In this document: positions 19,186 through 29,143 of the stretch, in pieces
Position numbering within the stretch: position 1 is the first letter of the stretch
How the letters are laid out: each line of letters opens with the position of its first letter
Origin: an uncultured Haloferula sp.
Lineage (GTDB): Bacteria; Verrucomicrobiota; Verrucomicrobiia; Verrucomicrobiales; Akkermansiaceae
Direction of reading: 5' to 3'
Length of the DNA stretch: 64,000 nt
Assembly (NCBI GenBank): GCA_965652295.1
Contig: CBFGTS010000018.1
Coordinates: forward strand, 25,882 to 89,881
Made by a program: the position numbers and the translations under genes
Notes under the pieces: model-generated
What the model saw: only the letters and a program-made list of their open reading frames with translations
What the model was told of the DNA's origin: nothing
Databases searched by the model: none

Positions 19186-21171
19186 TCAGAAGGCGGCACC
19201 GATGGCAAAGTGGAATGAGCCGGAGGGGTCGTGGCCGTCGCGGGTCAAATTGTGTCCATATTCGAATCGCACGGGGCCGATGGGCAGATCGAGCCGCAAT
19301 CCGAGGCCGATGGCAACCTCCGGGTCGGTGAAACCGAGATCCTCCCACTCGCGCGAAAGGCCGCCGGCATCGATGAAGACCACGCCGCGGAGCGGACCGG
19401 CGAGGAGGTGGCTGTATTCCACGTTGGCCACCCAGGAGGCCTGCCCGCCGACCGGGTAGCCGGTGACCGACCATGGGCCGAGTTCGCGTTCGGCGAAGGA
19501 TCGGACGCTGCGGGCACCTCCGTTGAAGAGCCGGAGATCGATCGGCAGGCGGTCGTCACCGGAAAGAGGAATGAGCAACTGGCTTCGCAGGCCGAGGGAC
19601 AATCGCCCGGATTCGCCGAGGGTGTGGTGATAGGAGGATTCGAAGCCGGCCTTGGCGTAGGTCGATGAATCGTCACCCACTGCCGCACCGAGTTCGAAAG
19701 GAGTGGCGAGGTGCCAGCCTTTGGTGGGCAGCACCGGGTTGTCGCGGTAATCGAGCTTTTGGCTCAGCCGGATGTAGGGGTTCTGATAGTCGGTATCGCC
19801 GAGTTCGCCCGGCAGCAAGCCGTCAGCGGTGAGCTGGTTGAAGGTCCAGCCTGCCGATGCTTCGAGTTCGTAATGGTCCGTGACCGGCCAGACCACCCCG
19901 GCCTCAAACCCGGTACGGAGGACGTCGTAGCCCTCGTGATCGCGCGAGTTGGCGAAGAGCCGGACCTTTCCGCTGACGTCGCTGCCGGCGATCCACGGAT
20001 TGGAAACGGAAATCTCCCCCAACAGTGATCGCTGGGAGATCTCGAAGCCGGAGTTGAAGTTGAGGATGCGGCCCCACAGGTTCCGGTCGTAGTAGCCGGC
20101 TCCGACAAAAGCGCCTTCGTAAGAATCGACCCCCACGTGGAGGGATACGCCCCGCGCCTCGGCTTCGCGGATCCGCAGCAGGGCATCGACCTTGCCGTCG
20201 CTAACCGGTTCCAGTTCGGTGCGCACCGAGGCGAAGGCACCGGTGGCGACGAGTTCGCCGATCCGCTCGCGGACCAGATTGCCATCGACGGCCGTGCCCT
20301 TGAGGTCGTCCAACCGCACCCGGATCCGGGCGGGATCCGTCTTTTCCTCGCCGGTTACCCGGATGTCGCGGAGGACGACCTGTTCGCCTTCGGTCACGGT
20401 GAAGATCGGACGGACGTTCTTGCCCTCGCGTTCCAGCGTCATGCGGATCTCGGCGCGGATAAAACCCTGGCTGCGGTAGCTTTGCTCGACCTTCGAGCGG
20501 AGGAGGTTGAGGTTGCCCGTGGTGGCGGGCTCGCCGGTGACGGTGCCCAGCGCCGCGCGCGTGCCGGGGGCCATCGACCCCTCCAGCCGCGGGGAGGCGA
20601 TGGTGGCGATGGCACCGGGATCGACATCGATGACAAAGTCGATCTCGCCGGTCCGCGGGTTCTTCGTCCGGCTCACGATGGAAACCTCGGCGTCGTAGAA
20701 TCCGATGCTGCGCATCTGTTTGCGCATCAGATCGAGTCCCAGTTCGTCGTCGCCTTCCTGATAAGGCACCGCGGCGAAACCGCTGGCGCGTTCGACGGGC
20801 TTGAGTTTGAAAAGATCGACGAGAACCTCGTTGAGTTTCTCGTTCGGCACATCCAGCACCTCGACCTCGCCGAGCAGATCCCGCGGGCCTTCTTCGACGC
20901 GTACCTGGATCAACCGCGGACCGAGGATTTTCCAGTAAAGGGTGGCGTCATTGAAGCCGGCGTTGCGGTAGGTTTGCTCGATGAGAAAGGCGGCGTCTGC
21001 GGCACGGAAAGGGGTCGCGGGATGGGTGCGGATGTGGTCGAGCCGACCGCTCAGAGCATTGCGCAGTTCGGTTTCCGAAATACTCGCATCACCGATGATC
21101 CGGATCTCGGTTTCCTGGGCGATGGCGGACATCGAAGCAACCGCCGCAAACATGAGCGAGTGTCGGAGCAT
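19186..21171 (-). CDS. Omp85-family outer membrane protein (TamA/BamA-like)
   Basis: Signal peptide, POTRA-like segments (V.EGP, IDVDPG, VTEGE), GGARSVRSF loop, GLGLRLDLPIGPVRFEYG, C-terminal F. Confidence 0.88.
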   Translation of the reverse strand: MLRHSLMFAAVASMSAIAQETEIRIIGDASISETELRNALSGRLDHIRTHPATPFRAADAAFLIEQTYRNAGFNDATLYWKILGPRLIQVRVEEGPRDLLGEVEVLDVPNEKLNEVLVDLFKLKPVERASGFAAVPYQEGDDELGLDLMRKQMRSIGFYDAEVSIVSRTKNPRTGEIDFVIDVDPGAIATIASPRLEGSMAPGTRAALGTVTGEPATTGNLNLLRSKVEQSYRSQGFIRAEIRMTLEREGKNVRPIFTVTEGEQVVLRDIRVTGEEKTDPARIRVRLDDLKGTAVDGNLVRERIGELVATGAFASVRTELEPVSDGKVDALLRIREAEARGVSLHVGVDSYEGAFVGAGYYDRNLWGRILNFNSGFEISQRSLLGEISVSNPWIAGSDVSGKVRLFANSRDHEGYDVLRTGFEAGVVWPVTDHYELEASAGWTFNQLTADGLLPGELGDTDYQNPYIRLSQKLDYRDNPVLPTKGWHLATPFELGAAVGDDSSTYAKAGFESSYHHTLGESGRLSLGLRSQLLIPLSGDDRLPIDLRLFNGGARSVRSFAERELGPWSVTGYPVGGQASWVANVEYSHLLAGPLRGVVFIDAGGLSREWEDLGFTDPEVAIGLGLRLDLPIGPVRFEYGHNLTRDGHDPSGSFHFAIGAAF

Positions 21172-24100
21172 CAGCGGAAACGGAAGAGATAGGTGAGTTT
21201 CGAGCGGGTGTTGCCCTGCTCGCTGATGCCTGCGGTGAGGAGCCAGTTGTCATCCAGCTCGAAGGCGACGGAGTTATACTTGCGACTGCTGTAGGGGTCC
21301 CGTTCGCCGACTTGGAAATCGACGCGATCGAGCATCTTGAAAAGCGGCTTGAAGCCCGGTAGGTTCCCGAGACGGCCGCGTCGGAATTCTTCGATCAGGA
21401 GCTGGGCCGCGCGGGCGGTGGCGGCATCCGTGTCCTCGATGCCCTCGGTGGTGGCGCCGGAAGCCAGCAGGGTGTAGATCTCGCTTTCGGGCAGGGGGGG
21501 ATTCGACGTCGGCTGGATCTGCGGGTCGGAGATCGGACCATAGACGTAGATGTCGATCTCGTAAGGTCGCACGGAGGAGTGCCCCTTGAGATCGAGGAGC
21601 GGATCGAACGGGTGATCCGGCCGAAGTACGATCTGTCCCGTATCAATGTTCAAGGTGCTGAACGGGAGTTTCGCGGTCACCTCGCGCAAGGTCACGCGGC
21701 CGTCCGGGCGGGGGGCTCCCAAGGTGCCGGTGATGCGGGCGTCGAGGTAGGCTTCGCCGCCGGCGAGGTTGCCGCGGATGAGGAAGGGATTCGCGGTCCG
21801 GGCGGTGAGATCCAGGCGCCAGTCATGGAAGGGTTGGGGAATCGAAGCGGTGAAATCGGCCGGCTTGGCGGCATCGATGGATGCGAGTTCCGGCTCGGCT
21901 ACGGTGCGAACGGGTCCGCCGAGGGGCAGGATCTCGACGTCCTTGTGAAACAGGCTGTCGATGACTCCGATCTGCCCGGCCAAGGTGGCGTTCTCCCAGT
22001 CGCCACGCAGCGCAAGGTCCGCGTTGAAGCGGATGATCATCGATTCGTTCCGCACGGCGGGTAGCCCGCGACCGTCGAGTTCGAAGTTCAGGTTGGAAAG
22101 CGAGCCTTCGATCAGGTCGACGGAGCCGGAGGCATCGAGCGAACCGCCGGAAACCATCGCGGTGAGCTTTTCAAGTTCGAGCTTTTGTGGCGTGGCGGTG
22201 AGGTGGAGCGCCGCGTCTCTCACCCGCGGGATGGAGGGATCGGACGTCTCGAAACGTCCACCGCTCAGGGTAACGGTGGCGAGCGGCTGCGGTTCACCGA
22301 GGGTGCCGGTGGCCTCGGCACGGATGTTGACTTCACCCTCCAGCCTGCGGGCTTTTGGGACGAGATCGCGGAACAGGTTCAGATTGAGGTTTTCCACCCG
22401 GAGCGAGGCATCGAGGGGTGCCTGCCGCACGGTCTCCGGATCCTCGGCCCATTGTTCGGGAGTCCAGTGGGTGACGGCATCGATCACGGCCGGCGGGTAG
22501 CCGGGGGCGCGCAGCTCGCCTTCCAGCTTGAGAGTCTGCTCACGGCCGGTGGCATCGAGTTCCACATCGACCGGCGGAGCGTCGGAAAAGCGATCCAGCT
22601 TCACATCGGTGCCGGTGAAAGATGCCTCGAGCAGCGGATCGGCGGGGCTGCCGGTGAGCGTCACGGCAAGCTTTCCCTGACTCGTTTCGGGGAAGCGGAT
22701 GTCGTCCGGCAGAAAGGGATGGAGCTTGGCGAAGGGAAGTTCGGTGCTGGTGATATCGATGGAAACGTCCTCGTGTGAACGCAAGATGGCTTTCCAGTCG
22801 GTGGGGCTGCCGGGGACGGGAATCGAGGCGCGGCCGTTGAGGAGGGTATCGGTGCCATCGCTCCACGACAGCTCCTCCAGCTCAAGGCGGTGCTCCGTGA
22901 GGCGGGCGCGGGTTTCGATCTTTTGCGCGCCCTGCTGCACATTGAGGGAGGTGACCTGCATGCTACTGGGCCAATCGTAGGTGAGTCCGGTGAAGATCTG
23001 GATCGGTTTCTCCGTGGGCTGGCGGTTCCAGGTGAAGGATTCCACATCAAGCTGGCCGGAGTGCGGCTGGGGAGCGAAGCTCCCGGAGCCGGACCAGGCG
23101 AGCGTCCCCTGCATGCCGGCGGGAACTTCGATGCCGAAGGGAATCAGCCAGGGGTTGAGCTGATCGGGCTGGAGGGCCTCGGTCGTCAGCCCGCCCTCGT
23201 AGGTCCTTTCCTCGAAATCGAGGACAGCTTCGAGCTCCGCCCCGGGGACCCGGAGGGTCGCGTCGAGTGGCTCCTGCGGTGCCCAGCCGACCTCGAGATG
23301 AAGGGGAGGGGAATCGCCACGAGCGACCACATCCATGACCCCCGAGGCGTCGGTCAGGCGGCCGTTCTCAAATCCCGCCTTGGCGGAGGCGGTGATCGAG
23401 GAGGGCGGGGGGGAGGGTGCCTCTGGAGCAAGCGAGTAGCGACGCCGGACGAAGTCAATGGCCGGAACGGCTTCATCGAGGGTCAAGGTGGCCAGCGCGT
23501 TGACCGGAGGCCAGGCCACATCCGGTGAGAGCGTGGCTTGCAGACGGAGGTTCGCCGGAGAGCCGAGCGCGGTGCCATCCAACTCGGCGGTCAGCTCGTG
23601 CTCACGAAGCGAGGCGGTGAGTTCGAGGCTTTCGCTGGACCAGTCGTCATAGCTGAGCCCGCGGGCGGCGAGGACCAACTCGGCGTCGAGGTTTTCAAAA
23701 CCCGCATCCAGATTCGAGACGGTCGCTTCGAGATCCGTCACGCTTCCTTCCACGGGAAGCTCCAGATTGAATCTGGCCAGCGTGTTGGGAATGGAGAGCG
23801 GCTCTCCGGAGAACGAGGCGGTTGCCTGATTGAGGTCGCCGCGCAAGTCGATCCGGCTTTCGTCGATCACCACGGCCGCCTCGAAGCGGGTCGGCTCGCC
23901 CTCCGGGTAATGAGCCGTGAGGTCCTGGACGCTGACTCCGGGAAGGAGTTCGAGCTGCTCGACAGCGATGGAGTCCTCTGTCCAGGTGACTTCTGTTTCT
24001 TGTGCGGGAACCGACTGATCCTTCGGAAGGCTCATTTCACCAAGAGAGAGTTGGAAGCCCGGCGTGCTGGCTTGATGGATCAGATCGGAGGGAGCCAGCT

Positions 24101-24632
24101 TCACGACGGGTTGATCGCCGCGGTGGATGTTGAGGCTGGCGTCCGTGAGGTTGAGTTCCATGGGGCCCAGGCGTTTGTAGAGCGTCTGTAGCAGGGCGAT
24201 CGGATCGGTCGCTCCATCCTTCGGCTTTTCTTCTTTTCCCGGCGTGTCGAGGTCGATGTCCACGTGCAGCCCATCGACTTCCAAACCATCGATCCTTCCC
24301 TTCAGCAGGTCGCCGAATTCATAGCTCACGTTCGCCCGGTCGAGGCCCGCGAGGGTGACCGTCGTGTCGCCCTCCAGTTCGAGTTTTTCCACGCCGACCT
24401 GGCCGCTGCTCAGCCGGCCCGTGAGGTCGAAGCTGCCCTCCAATCCGAGATCGGACAGATAGCGGTGGGCGACGCGGGTGGCGATCCACTGCCAGCCCGG
24501 TCCATTGAACCATATGAGCCCGAGGATCAGGACGAGCAGAAACCACCATCGCTTCTTTTTCCAGAATCGGCGGTGCGTTTTTTCCGGCGGCTGGGTCGGC
24601 TCAGGGGTCTCGGTGCGTTCCGCGTCGGGCAT
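21171..24632 (-). CDS. TamB-like (DUF490/AsmA-like) translocation and assembly module protein
   Basis: N-terminal TM anchor, long beta-rich body, C-terminal DPLLDL...GPISDP...SNPPLPESEIYTLL; adjacent to the Omp85 gene. Start moved to 24632. Confidence 0.85.
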   Translation of the reverse strand: MPDAERTETPEPTQPPEKTHRRFWKKKRWWFLLVLILGLIWFNGPGWQWIATRVAHRYLSDLGLEGSFDLTGRLSSGQVGVEKLELEGDTTVTLAGLDRANVSYEFGDLLKGRIDGLEVDGLHVDIDLDTPGKEEKPKDGATDPIALLQTLYKRLGPMELNLTDASLNIHRGDQPVVKLAPSDLIHQASTPGFQLSLGEMSLPKDQSVPAQETEVTWTEDSIAVEQLELLPGVSVQDLTAHYPEGEPTRFEAAVVIDESRIDLRGDLNQATASFSGEPLSIPNTLARFNLELPVEGSVTDLEATVSNLDAGFENLDAELVLAARGLSYDDWSSESLELTASLREHELTAELDGTALGSPANLRLQATLSPDVAWPPVNALATLTLDEAVPAIDFVRRRYSLAPEAPSPPPSSITASAKAGFENGRLTDASGVMDVVARGDSPPLHLEVGWAPQEPLDATLRVPGAELEAVLDFEERTYEGGLTTEALQPDQLNPWLIPFGIEVPAGMQGTLAWSGSGSFAPQPHSGQLDVESFTWNRQPTEKPIQIFTGLTYDWPSSMQVTSLNVQQGAQKIETRARLTEHRLELEELSWSDGTDTLLNGRASIPVPGSPTDWKAILRSHEDVSIDITSTELPFAKLHPFLPDDIRFPETSQGKLAVTLTGSPADPLLEASFTGTDVKLDRFSDAPPVDVELDATGREQTLKLEGELRAPGYPPAVIDAVTHWTPEQWAEDPETVRQAPLDASLRVENLNLNLFRDLVPKARRLEGEVNIRAEATGTLGEPQPLATVTLSGGRFETSDPSIPRVRDAALHLTATPQKLELEKLTAMVSGGSLDASGSVDLIEGSLSNLNFELDGRGLPAVRNESMIIRFNADLALRGDWENATLAGQIGVIDSLFHKDVEILPLGGPVRTVAEPELASIDAAKPADFTASIPQPFHDWRLDLTARTANPFLIRGNLAGGEAYLDARITGTLGAPRPDGRVTLREVTAKLPFSTLNIDTGQIVLRPDHPFDPLLDLKGHSSVRPYEIDIYVYGPISDPQIQPTSNPPLPESEIYTLLASGATTEGIEDTDAATARAAQLLIEEFRRGRLGNLPGFKPLFKMLDRVDFQVGERDPYSSRKYNSVAFELDDNWLLTAGISEQGNTRSKLTYLFRFR

Positions 24633-24729
24633 CCTGGCCAACGATGGACTCCTTGGCGCGGGGTGCAACCCATGACTTGGGGAAGCGGGGGGACTTGATG
24701 AGGAACCCGGGGCTTGGCAGGTTGGCTGC

Positions 24730-25530
24730 ATGCGCAGCCGGAGGGAGAAGTGGCGGGAAATCATTTTCGAGGCAGAAACCCCGGCGGGGAAGGCCTTCGA
24801 TGTGGTGCTGTTGGTCATGATTTCCCTCAGCGTGCTCGCGGTGATGTTGGAAAGCGTGCGGCCCGTTCGCGAGTCGATCGGACCCCAGCTCGTCATGCTG
24901 GAGTGGGTGTTCACCGCCTTCTTCACCGTGGAGTATGGAGCCCGGCTGTGGACCGCGCGGCGGCCGGCCGCCTACGCCGGATCGTTCTACGGGCTGGTGG
25001 ATCTACTCTCGATCCTCCCGAGTTACATCGCGCTTTTGCTCCCGGGCGGGCAGGCGTTGATGGTCGTACGCGTGCTGCGCCTGCTGAGGGTGTTCCGGGT
25101 TCTGAAAATGGTGAGGCACATCAGCGGAGCGGAGCACCTGTTGCGGGCTTTGGTCGCCAGCAGGGCGAAGGTCACCGTGTTTTTCATGACCTTGGCTACC
25201 ATTGCCCTGATCGCAGGCACCCTGATGTATCTTATCGAAGGCGAGGAAAGCGGGTTCACCAGCATCCCGGTGGGCGTGTATTGGGCAGTGGTGACGATCA
25301 CCACGCTTGGCTACGGGGACGTCACCCCGACGACCGGCTGGGGTCAGGTCGTGACGGCGGTGCTGGCGCTGACCGGTTATGCGATCATCGCCGTTCCCAC
25401 CGGGATCGTGACCGCGGAACTGAACCGGACGAACGGAGACACCAGCTCCGACGCCTGCCCGGCCTGCGGGGTTCACGGACACCTCCCTGACGCCCGTTTT
25501 TGCCGACGCTGCGGAGCGACTCTCGACTGA
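24730..25530 (+). CDS. Voltage-gated potassium channel-like ion transporter with C-terminal zinc ribbon
   Basis: S4 segment RVLRLLRVFRVLK; filter TITTLGYGD; CPACG...CRRCG. Confidence 0.9.
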   Translation: MRSRREKWREIIFEAETPAGKAFDVVLLVMISLSVLAVMLESVRPVRESIGPQLVMLEWVFTAFFTVEYGARLWTARRPAAYAGSFYGLVDLLSILPSYIALLLPGGQALMVVRVLRLLRVFRVLKMVRHISGAEHLLRALVASRAKVTVFFMTLATIALIAGTLMYLIEGEESGFTSIPVGVYWAVVTITTLGYGDVTPTTGWGQVVTAVLALTGYAIIAVPTGIVTAELNRTNGDTSSDACPACGVHGHLPDARFCRRCGATLD

Positions 25531-25679
25531 AAAGCAGCGCATGGTCCATACCGTGTTCCTACCGGAAGGAAGACTATTCTCGAATGCCCGCCCCCACAGG
25601 TTGACAAACCGGAGGGGGCTTGGCCAATGTCCCTCACCGCTGATCGTGGGGAACCTAGGTTTTCCGCTCTAAAACGCGG

Positions 25680-25703
25680 TTTCCAAAGACCTTTCCAAAG
25701 ACC
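25680..25703 (+). repeat. Perfect 12-bp tandem repeat TTTCCAAAGACC x2
   Basis: Directly visible, ending 5 nt before the GTG of the first ATPase. Confidence 0.85.
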
Positions 25704-25708
25704 CACCC

Positions 25709-27361
25709 GTGTTCTCCAACGAAGACTACCTAGTTGACCTGCTCGTCGAATCGGGCGCCGTGACCCAGGATCAGGTGGATCACGCCCGTGCCAAGGGCGG
25801 TTCCCCCGTTACCAACCTGGTTTCCGATACCGAACTCACCGAATCCACCGTCGCCGCCGTGCTCGCGCAGAATGCCGGGTTGGAGGTGATCAACCTCGAC
25901 GAAGTGACCGTCAGTCCCGAGGTGAATTCAGTGATTCCCGACGAGATCGCCTGTCGTTATCGCGCCGTGCCGGTGGCGGACGACGGAGTTTATCTCACGG
26001 TGGCGGTCGCCGATCCCTTTGACTTCGAGACGATGGACAGCCTGCCCCAGGTTCTGGGCCGCGAGCTGCTCTTCGTCGTCGCCAACCACGGTCAGATCGC
26101 CGCGTTTCTGAAGCAATTCTACGGAGCGAAAGACCAGCACGACATGCTCGACGTCGCCGGCGCTCCGGGGGCCGAGGGCGAGGACAGCGATGCTCCAATC
26201 ATCAAGCTGGTGCAGGGCATGCTCTCCGAGGCGATGCGCATCCGCGCCTCGGACATCCACATCGAACCGCTTGAGACCTCGGTGCGGATCCGCTACCGGG
26301 TCGATGGTCGTCTGATGGAAGTCGACAACCATCCGAAGAAACTCCTGCCGGCGATCATCGCCCGTCTCAAGGTGATGAGCGGCAGCATGTCCATCGCGGA
26401 AAAGCGGCTCCCGCAGGACGGCCGGATCCAGCTGAAAGTCGGCGGAAAAGAGGTCGACCTCCGGGTTTCATCCGTACCTTCGAACCACGGCGAATCGATC
26501 GTCATGCGGATCCTCGACAAGTCCGCGCTGGTCCTCGGTCTCCCCGAGCTGGGCTTCTTCTCGGACGATCAGGCGACCTTCGAGGAACTCATCGGCCTGC
26601 CAGACGGCATCATCCTCGTCACCGGGCCCACGGGATCGGGAAAAACGACCACTCTTTACACCTGTCTCAACGTCATCAACCGACCGGATCGCAAGATCAT
26701 CACGGTCGAAGACCCGGTGGAATACGAGCTTCCGGGCATCAATCAGGTGATGGTCAAAGCCGACGTCGGCATGACCTTCGCCGCCGCCCTCCGGTCGATG
26801 CTCCGCCAGGCGCCGAACATCATCATGATCGGTGAGATCCGGGATGCGGAGACGGCGAACATCGCCATCAACGCCGCCCTCACCGGTCACTTGGTGCTTT
26901 CCACGCTCCACACCAACGACGCGCCCTCGGCCGTGGCCCGTCTCGCCGACATCGGCATCAAGCGTTTCCTCATCGCCTCGGCCGTGCGGGGAATCCTCGC
27001 CCAGCGCCTGACCCGGAAACTCTGCCCGGCTTGCAAGGCACCGGCCGACCTGACCGAAAAGCAGATGCGGGCCCTCAGCCTCGACCCTTCGCGGGTCCGC
27101 GACGCCAGTATCATGGGCCCCGTGGGCTGCGAAAAGTGCCGCGGTGGCGGTTACAAGGGCCGGATGGGGATCTTCGAACTCTTCACCATCGACGACGAGG
27201 TCCGCCACCTCGTGAACGAAAACCTCCCCTCCGCGCAGCTCCGCAAGCGCGCCCGCGAACTGGGCATGCGCACGATGCGCGAAGATGGCATCCGCAAAGT
27301 ACTGGCCGGTCTGACCTCCGCGGAGGAAGTCCTCCACGTGACGATGTCGGACTCCGATTGA
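25709..27361 (+). CDS. GspE/PilB-family assembly ATPase, copy 1
   Basis: ASDIHIEP, GPTGSGKTT, TVEDPVEY, IMIGEIRD, TGHLVLSTLHTNDA, tetracysteine motif. Confidence 0.93.
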   Translation: MFSNEDYLVDLLVESGAVTQDQVDHARAKGGSPVTNLVSDTELTESTVAAVLAQNAGLEVINLDEVTVSPEVNSVIPDEIACRYRAVPVADDGVYLTVAVADPFDFETMDSLPQVLGRELLFVVANHGQIAAFLKQFYGAKDQHDMLDVAGAPGAEGEDSDAPIIKLVQGMLSEAMRIRASDIHIEPLETSVRIRYRVDGRLMEVDNHPKKLLPAIIARLKVMSGSMSIAEKRLPQDGRIQLKVGGKEVDLRVSSVPSNHGESIVMRILDKSALVLGLPELGFFSDDQATFEELIGLPDGIILVTGPTGSGKTTTLYTCLNVINRPDRKIITVEDPVEYELPGINQVMVKADVGMTFAAALRSMLRQAPNIIMIGEIRDAETANIAINAALTGHLVLSTLHTNDAPSAVARLADIGIKRFLIASAVRGILAQRLTRKLCPACKAPADLTEKQMRALSLDPSRVRDASIMGPVGCEKCRGGGYKGRMGIFELFTIDDEVRHLVNENLPSAQLRKRARELGMRTMREDGIRKVLAGLTSAEEVLHVTMSDSD

Positions 27362-27387
27362 TGGCTAATTTCTAAAAACCCTTTTCC

Positions 27388-29064
27388 ATGGATAACAACC
27401 AACTGGTAGAACTCTTCATCAGCCGCGGTCTGATCGATCGCTCGCTGGCGCAGGAAATCCTCAACGAGACCAACAACAGCGGTAAGGACGCCGCCGAGGT
27501 GCTGGCCGACTTCCAGGTCGTGCAGCACCGGGAGGACGTCTGGCCGATCGTGGCGTCGGAGCTCGGCGCTCCGCTCGTGGATCTCAAGGGCTGGACGCCG
27601 CCGGAAGAACTCGCCGCGCTGATCCCCGCCTCGACCGCCCGTCTTCACGGTGCGCTGCCGATCAACTTCAACGAGGAGGGCCTGCACGTCGTGCTGGTCG
27701 ATCCCATGAACCCGCAGACGCTTGAGGATCTGCGGTTTGCGCTCGATCGCGAACTCGTCCTCGCGGTGGCCCCGGATTACCTCGTCGAGGAAAAGCTCAG
27801 CGAAGTTTATGGCAGCGATGCCTCGGCGATGGAGTCGATTCTCGAGCAGTTCGAATTCGGCGGGCCGGATGGCGAACTGAGCGCCGCCGAACTGGAGAAC
27901 GAGGCCAACTCCGCTCCCATCATCCGCTACGTCGATCTGGTGCTCTATCAGGCCATCAAGGAGAAGGCCTCGGACATCCACTTCGAGCCCTTTGAGACCG
28001 ACTTCAAGATCCGCTACCGGGTCGATGGATCGCTCTACGAAATGGCACCGCCGCCGGTCCACCTTGCGCTGCCGATCATCTCGCGCGTCAAGGTCATGTC
28101 GAACATGAACATCGCCGAGCGTCGCGTCCCGCAGGACGGCCGCATGGTGAAGCAGGTCGGCGATCGCCAGGTGGACATGCGGGTTTCCTCGCTGCCGACC
28201 CAGCACGGCGAATCCGTGGTGCTCCGGGTGCTCGACCGTTCCTCGGTGAACCTCTCGCTCGAGAACCTAGGCCTGCCCGACCACATCTACGAGTACATCG
28301 GCGATACCATCGTCAAACCCAACGGGATCTTCATCGTCACCGGCCCCACGGGCGCGGGCAAAACGACCACCCTTTACGCGGCGCTACGGCGGATCAACAC
28401 GATCGATCACAAGCTGCTGACCGCCGAGGATCCGGTCGAATATGACATCGACGGCATCATTCAGATTCCCTGCAACGAGGGCATCGGCCTGACCTTCCCC
28501 CGCGTCTTGCGCGCCTTCCTCCGTCAGGACCCGGACCGGATCATGGTCGGCGAGATGCGGGACATGGAAACGGCCCAGATTGCCATCCAGGCCTCGCTCA
28601 CCGGGCACTTGGTGCTTTCCACCCTGCACACCAACGACGCCCCGGGCGCGGTGACGCGGCTCATCGACATGGGCGTGGAGCCTTTCCTGGTGGCGGCCTC
28701 CCTGGAGGGTGTTCTGGCGCAACGTCTGGTGCGGACGATCTGCTCCAACTGCAAGGCGACCTACGAGCCCAGCGAGGCGATCCTCACCCAGCTTGGGATT
28801 TCTCCTCACGAACTCGGCGACAAGGACTTCTTCACCGGCAAGGGCTGCGATGTCTGCGGCCAGACCGGCTACAAGGGCCGGGCCGGTCTCTACGAGCTGC
28901 TCGATATCAACGAGCCGGTCCGAGAGCTGATCACCGACCGCGCGCCGACCGTGGTGATCAAACAGAAGGCCATGGAGCACGGGATGACGACCCTGCGCGA
29001 GGACGGCCTCCGCAATATCTACCTCGGCAAAACCACCATCGAAGAAGTGCTGAAGTATACCTGA
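27388..29064 (+). CDS. GspE/PilB-family assembly ATPase, copy 2
   Basis: ASDIHFEP, GPTGAGKTT, TAEDPVEY, LRQDPD.IMVGEMRD, His box, tetracysteine motif. Confidence 0.93.
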   Translation: MDNNQLVELFISRGLIDRSLAQEILNETNNSGKDAAEVLADFQVVQHREDVWPIVASELGAPLVDLKGWTPPEELAALIPASTARLHGALPINFNEEGLHVVLVDPMNPQTLEDLRFALDRELVLAVAPDYLVEEKLSEVYGSDASAMESILEQFEFGGPDGELSAAELENEANSAPIIRYVDLVLYQAIKEKASDIHFEPFETDFKIRYRVDGSLYEMAPPPVHLALPIISRVKVMSNMNIAERRVPQDGRMVKQVGDRQVDMRVSSLPTQHGESVVLRVLDRSSVNLSLENLGLPDHIYEYIGDTIVKPNGIFIVTGPTGAGKTTTLYAALRRINTIDHKLLTAEDPVEYDIDGIIQIPCNEGIGLTFPRVLRAFLRQDPDRIMVGEMRDMETAQIAIQASLTGHLVLSTLHTNDAPGAVTRLIDMGVEPFLVAASLEGVLAQRLVRTICSNCKATYEPSEAILTQLGISPHELGDKDFFTGKGCDVCGQTGYKGRAGLYELLDINEPVRELITDRAPTVVIKQKAMEHGMTTLREDGLRNIYLGKTTIEEVLKYT

Positions 29065-29143
29065 TTCCGACCAGCACGCATTTTCCGTTCGCCAGAGGCA
29101 CCCGGAATCACTCAAAAACCATCAATCGTTTTCCAAAAAAGCC

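Noticed and set aside
24633..24926. N-terminal extension of tamB in the ORF track
   Set aside because: Overlaps the divergent K-channel gene and its promoter; the TM anchor follows ATG 24632.
25531..25708. c-di-GMP riboswitch upstream of the pilus ATPases
   Set aside because: I could not find the GGCAAA.../GNRA/receptor architecture.
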